The notes below the pieces were generated by a model. It was not told the origin of the DNA. It worked only from the letters and a program-made list of their open reading frames with translations, and ran no database searches. Position numbers and translations under genes: made by a program. A stretch of DNA of 64,000 nt from Vicugna vicugna (lineage: Eukaryota): NCBI GenBank assembly GCA_013265495.1, contig MU063499.1:3162001-3226000 (forward strand), written 5' to 3'. Positions 53,401 through 64,000 of the stretch are shown piece after piece (position 1 is the first letter of the stretch; each line of letters opens with the position of its first letter).

Positions 53401-53779
53401 TCATCTACTTCTGCACAGGCTCAAATGTTAAATTTATCCACATAGGAAAGATTCCTCCGGCTTCAATGACAAGTCCTACTGGATTCCTATCTGAAAATGA
53501 AAAACCTTGGGCTTCTTCCTGGTCCACCTATTATGCCTAGAAAAATGATCGTAATGATGCTCTCGGTGAAAAACCAAGCAGATGAGGGACAAGGAGAACC
53601 AAATGGTGTTGAAGAACTCCAGATACACAGGAGATGGGAAGCCCACAGAGGTGAAAGGGGCAGTATCTCTGAGTCACGAACTGCATGTGAACACTGCACA
53701 CACAGCCCTGGAAAGCCCCAGCACTGGAGTGAGACCCATCTGGTATGAATTCCAGAATTCCGCTGAGTGGCCACTGCAA

Positions 53780-53920
53780 CATTAGACAATTCACTTAACC
53801 TCTCTGTGCCTCAGTTTCTCCAGGTATAAAATAGAAAAACATGAGTACCCACCTCACGTGGCTAATGTGAGAAGTAAATGAGTAAGGCTCAGCATGTAAT
53901 AATCACCCTACAAATGTGAC
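53780..53920 (+). mobile_element. MIR SINE
   Basis: TCACTTAACCTCTCTGTGCCTCAGTTTCTCCAGGTATAAAATAG...GTGAGAAGTAAATGAG. Confidence 0.85.
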
Positions 53921-56900
53921 TCGGTATTGTCACCAGATCCAAAGCACCTTCAGAACCTGTGGCTCTGACCTCCCAACCAGAGGAGGCTTTACAAGGAGGA
54001 CTGAAAACAGATCCTACATTTTTACATGGTCTCAAAATATCTGCCCACAATTTACCTATTAATTACAAGGGAAAAGGGTTAACTTCACAGTGGCCTGGAG
54101 GAACCACCTTACCCAAGTTGTCAGGGAACACCACCAATGCTGGTATAAACCAACACCAGCTGCCTCTGGGTCTGACACACTGAGGCAGTCCCATCATCAC
54201 TAATGTAGCATCCTTACCAAAACATATTATCTGGATATAATCATGAGAAAACATCAGACAAACCCAATCTAGGACATTCTGGCTTGAATTCTATAAAAGC
54301 ATCAATAAGAAGACAAAGAAAGGCTGACCAACTGTTCCAGCTTAACAAATTGTCTAAAGTTGTGGTGACCTCAAGCACCCAGCCAGACCTCCAGCTACCA
54401 GCCTGGCAGCCAATCCAGCCCAGCTGAGTGAGGAGCAGAGCCATGCAGAGGCCTAACTTGTACAGGACAGACTGCATGTCCTACAGCTTCAAAGGAGAGC
54501 AGTATGGGCTAAGATCATTAGAGGGTGCTTCTTGCAAGATGCAGAGCACGTGGGGAGGAGAAGGAAAGGTATTTAGGGGAAAGAGGACTGTGGTAAGAGT
54601 GAGGAAGCGGGGACAGGTCTGGCAGGTATAGGGGCTGAGAGAAGAGCAGCAAGTGGCATCTTCCCGCAGCCCAGGGTCTGTTATCATGGCTGTTTCCCTT
54701 GGCCCGGGCTGCAGGGCAGATAGTGGTGGCTACAATGTCCACAGCACAGCAAGAGCTCAGAAAAGGAGGATGAAGGCACCAGGACCAGGAACCCGGCTGT
54801 CCTTCAGGACACCAGGATCCCACCATAGTCCCAGGCAAAGAAGGACCCACCACATAACACCACTGGCAGCCATGGCCAGTGGGAGCAAGGACCCAGGAGC
54901 TCCTGGTACAGTTTGGTGGCTCATCTGCTGTGAGCAGGGTCAGATAGCACCCCCTGACCCCATCTCTCCTCGCCTGCATGCCTCAAAATCAGCCTGAGTC
55001 AGGTCCACACTGACCCAGCCAGAGAACCTCCACTGCTGGGAGAATAAGGTCACTGTGAAACGGCTGTGCCCAGGACACTGTCCCAGTCGCAGCAGTGGCC
55101 CTCGAACTCAGGCAGGCCCTCAGCAAGACTACAGTGTTTGTTTGATGTTTTTCTGGAGATTTTTACCCATTTTGGTTATTGGTAAATTATTCATTTAAAC
55201 ATACGTTGAGAAAAACAAACCAGTATTTGTTTTTGCTAAGTGGACTGAGAGGCAATTTAACATTCCTGTTTACTCTAATTTCATGTAAGAGAATTAGATT
55301 TTTTTTTTTTTTGCCAGTAACTGATGAAATTTCTCACAGAGCAATCTGGGGACAGAACTGTAAAACCAGAGAGGAGCCCGGCCCTCACCGAGTTGCAGCC
55401 ATGGTGGCCTCCTTTCTGCTGCAGCAAGGATGAGCTGGGGCGCTGAAGATCATGCTAGAAGCACGAGTATTTTGAGGACTTGCTCTACAGTTTCTCTCTC
55501 TGCAGAATCAGGAAAGAATGAAAATGGACTGCCACCGGATCCCAAGAAGCAAAGTTCACCAAAAAGGACCCTACAGGTCGCCGCAAATGGCCCTACCCAT
55601 TGAGCCATCTGACACCACCACCCACAAGAATCTCCAGCATCATGACTACAGCATCTTAGATCTCAACCTGGACCTCTTGAAATTTAGGATGCCTCAGCCC
55701 TCTTCAGGACGGGAGTCACCTCGCCACTGAGAGCCCAGTTTAAAGATAAATCTTCCATTGTCCTGCATTCTTGCCGCAAAAATAAAATCTGCTCACCAGT
55801 TAAAAAAAAACATAAACAAAAACAAAAGAAATAGGGAGGACTCTTGACAGGTTCATTTGAGCCTCCCTGCACTGTGCCTGCAGGACCCCAACACCTGCCT
55901 CTCATCACCAGCATTTCCTGTGCTTCTGGATCCCATGCGGCTCCCGAGCTCAGACTGAGGGTGGGGAAGTGGTGGAAACAGTCGACTTGCAGTCCTCAGA
56001 TCTGCTGCCTGGAATCCCCAACAGCAAACCCAGGCCAGACAGGAGCAGCCCATGTGTGCTGCACGTCGGGTCAAGGGAGCGCCTAGTGAGTCTCGGCTCC
56101 ATGTGCAGACTAGGCACACACGTGGGTGCAGGCAGCCGTGATTGCTGGAACAACCTGCAAACATTTTAGCTCCAACCCACTGCTCAGACTGAAAACTACT
56201 TCCCTACTCTGATGTCACCTGGACCAAGGCGTTCATGCTGCCGGGGCTGGAGGAGGCGTGGTGCGCAAGGTTCATCTCTTCCTACAGGACTGCCGCTCAG
56301 CTTGTGTCCTTTAACCCAGGCGTTGTCACTGCCTCGTCTCTCTGCATCATTTTTCATGTTATTGAGTGAAAACGTTTCCTCAGAAAACAGAAAAGCCCAT
56401 GAAGAACACTGATGCACTTCAGAGGCGGGAAAAGCCCAGGAACAAAAGCTGGGCGGGGAGTAAAGCACTCTGAGAAAGGTGAACACATGAAAACGCAGGT
56501 TGGTCCTGACGTGTCCCAGCCTACCGTGCATACAGCCGCACCGTGAAGGATTAAAACAAAGGAAAAGCACGAAAGTTCTTGACACCCGTCACTTGTTGGT
56601 GACAGGGAAAACCACAGATACTCAACACCAAGCCTTTAGAAGAAATTTTAGAGCCCAGGAAAACACTGGCTGAGCGACCCTTCCTCCCCGCCGCCCCCGT
56701 GGGACTCGGCGCCCTGGGAAGGCCCGGCCTCGTCTGCCGCCGCCCCCGCCTCCCACGGAGCGGCTCGGGGAACTGGCTCCGGCGCAAAATGCCCCTCAGC
56801 ACAGAGAGGACACAGGGGAGGCCATGTCGGATGGGAAGATGGGACTGTGGTAACTCAAGCGAGAAGCCCTCTTCTCACGGGCAAGGCCATTTCTGGGGCT

Positions 56901-57249
56901 GACAATCCTGCTGTGATGGTGCAGGAGTTCTAGAACGTGCTGTGCTGATGGCTGGAGCTCTCAGAGGCGACGTTCTTCAGCAAAGCCCAGCTCCACCACA
57001 GCCTGGAGCCACGCTCACAGAGCGAGGGGCTGGAGGTTCCCAGGATTCGTCCACCTGGGCGTTAGTCTCTGTGACCACACCGGACAGCTGCTCACAACCG
57101 AGGCTGAACCAAAAACCCAGGGTGGAAGCACCTCCACTTCCTCTGCACTCCAGTGGAGTGTGGGGACCGTCAACAGGAGCCAGGTGACAATAAGCGGCTG
57201 CTTCCCTCATTAGCTGAAAACGGTGTCTCCAGAGCAACACGGCCTGGCT

Positions 57250-57380
57250 CTACCACTCACTTGGCTGTGTGACCTTGGGCAGGTCACTCAACCTCCCTGA
57301 ACTTTTCTATGAGATGGAGATAACATGAGCACCCATCGCTCAGGGTGGCCAAGGACTAGCTAGGCTACACACAAGGCCTG
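57250..57380 (+). mobile_element. MIR SINE
   Basis: CTCTACCACTCACTTGGCTGTGTGACCTTGGGCAGGTCACTCAACCTC. Confidence 0.85.
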
Positions 57381-57709
57381 GTACCCAGCGGCCAGCCGTT
57401 CCTGTCACACCGCCTACCTCAGGAGGCAATGCCAACAGGATGCGGGCTGGGAGGAGGTCACTGGGTCCCCACTTCTTCTCCTGCAGCCCCAAAGACACAA
57501 ACAGCAGGCCTTTCCCAGGGGAACCCTATGACTTCTAAAGGGACGTGATGAAACTGCTTTAAAACAAAGGTTCTCAAAGAAACAATCCAAAAGGAGTATG
57601 AGGTAAATGCAGAACCCGACTTGCCATCCATTAATTTAACTTACCATCCTTTTAAGTGCAAGCTGTAGAAAATAGGCCTGAAATTGAATAAAGAAGGCTT
57701 GAGGCTTCA

Positions 57710-57781
57710 GTAGGTATAGCTTAGTGGTAGTGCGCATGCTTAGCACGCACAAGGTCCTGGGTTCAATCCCTAGTACCACCA
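57710..57781 (+). mobile_element. tRNA-Ala(AGC)-derived SINE or tRNA pseudogene (camelid-type)
   Basis: 72-nt tRNA-like body with A-box TAGCTTAGTGG, B-box GGTTCAATCCC and anticodon loop TTAGCAC; acceptor stem GTAGGTA/TACCACC has two mismatched pairs, so not a functional tRNA. Confidence 0.8.
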
Positions 57782-58276
57782 TTGAAAGAGAAGGCTCTCT
57801 GGAATCCCTACACTGCCTCTTGCCCTGGGAGCCTCTGGCCGCACACTCTTCAGTCGCCAGAACCGATGGCCACACCCATGGCCTCCTACATGGACCTTTG
57901 CCCTCACCTCTGTCGAGAGCCCCTCATATCTCCTTCACCTAAAGTGCTGTGATTTACCAGTGCTTCCTCAGGGCACTTCCCCAGGTCTCCTGGCAGAATC
58001 TCTCTCCTGACTTTCAAGTGTCTTCAAGCATCTTCAGTTCTCCTCACATTGCACCGGAATAATCTGTCAGCATGCCTGCAGCCCACTCCAACTGTGAGCC
58101 CCTCAAGGATGGGGGACTAGGTCTCAGCTCTTCTTTAACAAGGCAGCACCCAGCACCATGCTTGGCACCCAGATCCTGACAGTTCACTGTTCTCATCCTT
58201 CCGGGCAACATACTGACCTTCTGATCTGTTCTGCTAGAGATCATATGAGAGTCTGCCGACTAATCCACAAACTGAA

Positions 58277-58503
58277 CATAGTTCTCAACAGGGGTGATTT
58301 TCCTCCCCCAGGGAGCACTGGGCAATGTCTAGAAATAGTCTGAGTTGTCACAATGGGCGATGAGAGGAGCGGGTGGGGAGCTACTGGCATCCAGTGGGTA
58401 GAGGCCAGAGATGCTGCAAAACATCCTACAATGCACAGAACAGCCCCCAGTACAAAGAATTATCTGGCTCAAGGTGTCAGTGGTGCCAAGTTGAAAAATC
58501 TTG
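58277..58503. mobile_element. MER20 (hAT-Charlie) DNA transposon
   Basis: GTTCTCAACAGGGGTGATTTT...GGGCAATGTCTAGA...ACTGGCATCCAGTGGGTAGAGGCCAGAGATGCTGCAAAACATCCTACAATGCACAG. Confidence 0.9.
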
Positions 58504-59766
58504 GGTTAGATGGATAACTTCCTAGTAGTGGAATGATCTAATAAAAGAGGCACATGGACCACTTCTATGCAAATGTGAAGAGAAGGGTCACTCTTAAGGG
58601 CCATCCCTACCTCTTAAAAATATTAACTACTATCCTTATAGTCAAAGAGCACCAGGGAAACAAATTCTGTGAAAACTAGCAGGTAACCTAAAACCACTGA
58701 GGGCCCCGGAAATCCCTCCTCACAGTTACTGAATGGACTTAGGTACACCCTCCCCTGCTGCTCTGGGAGGCTCTACCTCAGACACTGGACCTCAGTCCCA
58801 GGGTGGGATCAACATCTCCACACAGCCAGGGAAAACCTGCACAAAGGCCTAGGCCAGAAAAGCAAACCTACGATGTCACTCACACATGCATGAAATGATT
58901 GGTAGGTCATTTCAAATTTATATGTTTAATGTTATCAATAGCCACAAATCAGTCTGAGGTACCAGATTGTCTCTGGACATAAAAAATAATTATTAAGAAA
59001 GAAAATCAGAATTGTTCAAATAGAAAAAAAAATGAGATGAAGTAGCCAGCTATACAGAGTAATCAGAAGTATATCTGTGGAAACGGGTGAAAAAGTGGCT
59101 AAGGACGACTAGGATCTGAGGGACAGGCTGACATCTCAGCTCTGTACCAACCGACTGGGACTTTGTGCTAGACACTTCACCTGCTCACTGTCTCTGTAAA
59201 ATGAAAATAACCCCTCTTTCCCAGGTTCCTGTGAAGCACGTCAAGTACTGAGGACAAGAGACAGCACACTAGGGACTCAGTAAAGAGCTAGTGGCAGGAA
59301 AGCTGGCTGGAGTGGACGGTGCCACCAGCCATTACCACAGGACTTGGGGCCAGTGAAGCCAGACACTCAGATGTGGGTTCATTACCTATAAGTGGCCTGC
59401 GCCAGTCCACTCACTGTTCTCTCAAGGCCCATGTGAGACTCTGCAGGCAAAAACACAAGGAAGGGTCAGGTGAAGAAAGGAGATTCTTACTTACACCAAA
59501 AGCCACCTGGTGTGGGTGCATGCTAATTTGGAATTGACAATGGCTACACTGGTTGGGTTACTTTTGTTTGTTTCCTTCTTTTACTATTACACAGTCTAAG
59601 AGAAGAGGGTTAAAGGTAAAGATGTTGAGCAAATAAGATAGAAAGGGAAATGTTTAACCTAGTTCAGAAAACAAGCTACTCAAGCGCTAGTGAAACGTTC
59701 TCCAACTGAACTCATGAATGCAGATACTGTAATAACAATGAGGTGATGACACCCACTCACCACCGC

Positions 59767-59768
<2 letters not shown>

Positions 59769-59808
<40 letters not shown>
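59769..59808. repeat. (AC)20 microsatellite
   Basis: 40-nt perfect dinucleotide run. Confidence 0.98.
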
Positions 59809-59810
<2 letters not shown>

Positions 59811-60589
59811 CAGAGGGCCCAACGTGTGCCTGACACTGACCCAGCTTCCTTACAATCTTTCTAATCCCTGCAGTTTCGGAAAAATCATCATCCCCATCTT
59901 GCTGGGGAGAACACCGAAGCTCCAAGAAATTTGGGGGCTGGCAGAAGCAGAAATGACAGCCAGGTCAATCGGTTCCAGAGCCAGGCATCCTGCTATTTCT
60001 AACCACTTCTAAATCTCCTTCATAGGACTTCATCTTCATGCAAATGTTATACTAATTGCAAAGGATTTTAAATGCAGGATCATTAAAGCAGCAGAGGCTT
60101 GACAGGCCCTTACAGGGCAACATTCGACAAACAGAGGTATTTAAAAGGCTAAAAAATGCACTTCATTGCTTTATTCTACAACTCAGATTGTCCCATAACT
60201 CAGACAGCTTCCCCTTGCTCTGATTTCATTCCAAATTAAAGAAGTTTTATTATAAATAAAGAAGTAAGTCACCGTTATGGATAAATGCTACCACAAAAGT
60301 CAGCATTTAGAAAACCTGAAAACTTTCTAAAATTCAAAACTCCCTAACCAGCCACTGGACTAATGTCGGCCACATTCCTTTCCCCTGTGGACACAAGACC
60401 AGCCAGGGACAGAAAAGGGATGTTCTGCCTGTGTTTTGGCTGGCACTCAGTGGGCAGAAAAGGAAAGCGACATTTATTAAGTGTGTGTTAAGTGCCAGGC
60501 CCACAAGCTCCAGCTCCATTTCAGCCATCACTGGGTCTCATTAGCTAACCAGGAGTGAAAAGTTACTGGTGGACAGGATGTTGACAAGA

Positions 60590-61400
60590 TCTCAAAGTAT
60601 CACCACCACAGAGATAATCATTAATTGTAAAGTGGAAAATGTACATTTACAAGGGAGAGAGTTGGAGTCCTGCCTCCTCAGCCCAGTAATCGGCCTTATT
60701 AATTATCACTAATAGTGGGACTGCCTGATGTCACGTGCCACCTGGAGCAGTGTGATACGAAGCACACAATGCAGCTCACGGAGTGCTCTCGCTGTGAAAA
60801 AAAGGTCATTAGAATCTAACAGCTTCTCCAGACCAAACTCAGGAAGTACAGGGGTCAGAGAAACCACCTAAACGCCATAAGGTAACACCCAGACGGCTCC
60901 AGGAGGTGGGACACTGTACATGACAACTGACCAGGACTCTTCAAAAGGCAGTGTTTAAAAAAAAAGTGTGTGTTTGCATGTGTGTTTAGGAGAGATTACC
61001 AAATGCAACGTGTAGACCTTGATCAGAGCATATTTAAAAAAACAAACTGCTGTGACATCTGGGGAAGTGGGAATATGGATTGGAATGATACTGTAGAGTT
61101 ATAAATTTTCTTAGGTGTGATCACAAAACTGGTTATGCAGAAAGCTGTCCTTATTCTTAGGAGATAACTGATGTTTTTAGGGATAAAGTGTAATGTTGGC
61201 TGCAACTTACTTTCAAATGAATCAGCCTCCCCCTGTCCCCACCCAAAAAAGTATACAGAGATAAATGTGGCAAAATGTGAACAATTTCTGAATCTAGGTG
61301 GAGGACAGATAGGTATTCACTGCATTATTTTTCAGCTTTTCTGTATTGCTGACATTTTTAAAGATAAAAACTGGGATGAGGTGGAGAAAGGTGATCCCAG
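60590..61400 (+). mobile_element. Ancient L1MC/ME 3' remnant
   Basis: AAATTTTCTTAGGTGTGATCA...CCTTATTCTTAGGAGA...TGCAACTTACTTTCAAATG...GTATTCACTGCATTATTTTTC. Confidence 0.7.
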
Positions 61401-62371
61401 GAAAGGCTGTCCCAACAAGAGCATGTCTGTGCAGAACACACAGGGAGGCCAGTTCACCACAGGAGAAAACAGCAGGGACTCTTACTTGAGATTAAGGTTT
61501 CAAAGCTGGGTTGACTGGTTTGTGATGTTACTTTGGGGCCTCAGGAAAAAAGCTATCATTTCTCAAGAACAGCAGTGCTCTTGTAAAACACTGACACCTT
61601 CTCCCAGGTGGCTAATCCTCAAATCGGTAACATGAAAATAGATAGGTAGATTTATCCTGAGCTCTCAAAATGCTTGTTTTGTTAAAAGCCAATTCTGTCC
61701 ACACTTCAGCCCAGGACTGATGGTTCATGGTGAAGGGGGCTTGAGTTTGCCTTCACAGGTCCTCAGAGTAAACAACCACAAATGGCAGCACACATACTGG
61801 CCAACACTGACTTCTGGCTGACGGCTGAGCCACTGACCAGCGCTGGAACAGTTTACAAGCTCCAGGATAGCTTGGCTCTGTCTGCTGTGACTTCGTGGAG
61901 TCAGAGACTATTGATAAAGCCACCAAAGCAAGAGAACCGCTTGGCACGGAGATCATGACAAAGGTCCCTTGCTTAAAGCATTTCTTTCTACTCAGACACC
62001 CAATGCCTTTCAAATGACATTCTAGAAAACCCAGAGGGGAGAGTCTCTTTATAAGCTTTCCTCTGGGTTTTTTTGGGCTTTCCTTACACACAAAGGGTAC
62101 CTTAGCTGAAGCCTCTCGAAAGCTCACCACCTGAACAAGGTGAAGCTGACACTGGGACATGCCCACGGACAGTGGCCTGTAATAGTCTGTATGTTTATGT
62201 AGCATAAAGAATCAGCTAGATATATCAACCTGCATACCAACTCTCAACTGCCTGGACTGAGATATCTGAAAATCCACACACAGTGAACCAAGTGCCAGGA
62301 TAAGAAACCCTGTGAGAATCAAAATCCTCTCCTGAGATATATGATGTGTAAGAGCCTTTATCTCCAGGTAA

Positions 62372-62462
62372 AAAACACAGCAACTTTGTACAACAGAAAT
62401 GAATACAACATTGTAAATCAACTACACTTCAATAAAAAAATAAAAACAAAACACAGCAACTT
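62372..62462 (+). mobile_element. Extremely 5'-truncated L1 insertion (61 bp) with a 15-bp target-site duplication
   Basis: TSD AAAACACAGCAACTT at 62372-62386 and 62448-62462; insert TGTACAACAGAAATGAATACAACATTGTAAATCAACTACACTTCAATAAAAAAATAAAAAC resembles an L1 3' end plus A-rich tail. Confidence 0.85.
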
Positions 62463-64000
62463 GTAAATGGAGAAAAAAGTGATTATTTGGGTAGAAAAAG
62501 AAACATAAAGGCAGCGATCTGAGGATTCACCGAAATCAGGATGTTAAGTGATGATAAATACTACACGGCCTGTCTGGCAGAAAAATGGGTCTATCTTACA
62601 GAACAGAGCTGGTCCAACAGGAAAACAGAACAGTATCTGCTGTTTTCAAAACTGAGTGTCGGAAGTGTCCGAGCCCACTGCCCAGGGGAACGAAAATGCC
62701 TGGAAGGGAAAAGACTGAGATTCCAAAGAGGACACAGGGACTGTTAGTTTCAACTGCTCAGGAGAGATGACTGGTATTTAAGACATGCTTGATGAAACTA
62801 ACAACGGTTGGAGTGGCCTAACTTTAACAAACCCAGACCTCCCTCAAGGGCTACAAGTGAACAGTCTTGTCTGGGAGCCTGGCACTCCTGACAGCAGCTC
62901 TACCAGACTGAGGAACAGGTGCTGTGACTGGGAAGACCAAAAGCCCAGACAAAGCCAAACAGCTTGCAGGTACATTTCCTGGAGACCACCTCCATCCTCT
63001 TCCCTTTCCCGAGCAAAGTCCATTCCAAAATGTAAAGCAGCTCCTTAGAGATTTTCTCTTCTTCCCAGCAGTGCAAAATGGAAAAGCCCCACTGTCCTAC
63101 TTCATCAGAACAAGTTTAAGAGATAAGAAAGGATCCCAGTTAGTGGGATTCTCCCTGACCTGCTGTCTGCTCCTAGGTGGGGGAATAGGGCTCAACCCCA
63201 TGTCAGTGTCCAGGGCAGGCATAGTTCTAGCCTTTCCAACTCTCCTCCCCAACACCCCTATTCATCACTGTCCCAGGACCTACTACCCATCGCCACAAGT
63301 TCCCTCCACATCTAGCCTTACACTGAGCAAGAGACCACTTCCTAGTCCTGTCTTTGCATACAGAAAATACTGACCACAGCAAGATTTGCATTTGTGCTCT
63401 CACTGAAGATTAAAGGGATTGTCCCTGAAGACTGTCAGGACTAGCACCGTCACTCTGAACACATTCAACTCAGCACACTTCTCAGCTGTGAGCAACTCTG
63501 CCCCGTCATAATCACATTTGCTTCTGTGAATCACACCTATCAAGCCCTAGGGAATAAGTTGGGCCATCAGCATCAAACCCATGAAAACAGCCAGGGCTAT
63601 GCTAAGAAATCCTAAGTTAGGGAACAGATAAAAACTAAACCTAGAGTTCATTCAGAGAGAAAGGAAGGCCAGCTGGAGGAGAGAGAAGTGGGGAGGGGAG
63701 TGCAGACCCACGCACAATGTCTCGAAAACACACACATACAGTTCATGCACCCAAATCAGCAGCTGAATTTGGCTAAGCTGGCACAAATTATTACTGTGGG
63801 AACAAGTGAGTATTTGTTCAGCAGGGAAAATATCAAGGCAAATAAAGACTGAAAAGGAGAGAAAAAGTAGCAAACATATACAGCCTGGGACCTGTTACAA
63901 GACTTCTGAAGGCCAGGCAACCAGAAAAAAAGTGGTGTCCAATAATAGCTTCTTTGGGGTTACCTAAAGCCTGGGAGAATTGACCAAACAAGTCCCACAT

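Noticed and set aside
57710-57781. Functional tRNA-Ala gene
   Set aside because: Acceptor stem has T-C and A-A mismatches, the anticodon stem has an A-C mismatch, and there is no oligo-T terminator right after it.

Overview
Mammalian genomic DNA with three tandem minus-strand genes in the conserved order STIMATE (TMEM110) > MUSTN1 > ITIH4. The species is probably a camelid, inferred from one tRNA-Ala(AGC)-derived SINE, a cetartiodactyl-like L1 tail and no recognisable Alu, B1/B2, Bov, PRE or CHR SINEs. I traced splice sites and reading phase by hand for STIMATE exons 2-8 (31911-17758; exon 1 lies beyond 64000), the complete MUSTN1 CDS (12433-10945, 82 aa) and ITIH4 exons 1-11 (8376-1565; the gene continues beyond position 1). 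All traced introns are GT-AG and the frames are intact. Positions 32000-64000 are STIMATE intron 1, mostly ancient repeats (MIR, L2, L1M, MLT1, MER20, Tigger1) with two N-gaps. I found no foreign or prokaryotic system, and almost all ORF-track entries are spurious. The most interesting signals are at gene junctions. The last STIMATE codon plus stop (CCC|GTATGA) doubles as a phase-0 splice donor. It could join MUSTN1 exon 2 in frame, or a strong local acceptor 121 nt downstream that gives a new 80-aa C-terminus. There is also phase-compatible MUSTN1-ITIH4 chimerism, alternative polyadenylation, and compact liver/acute-phase and muscle regulatory modules. These are hypotheses from sequence alone.
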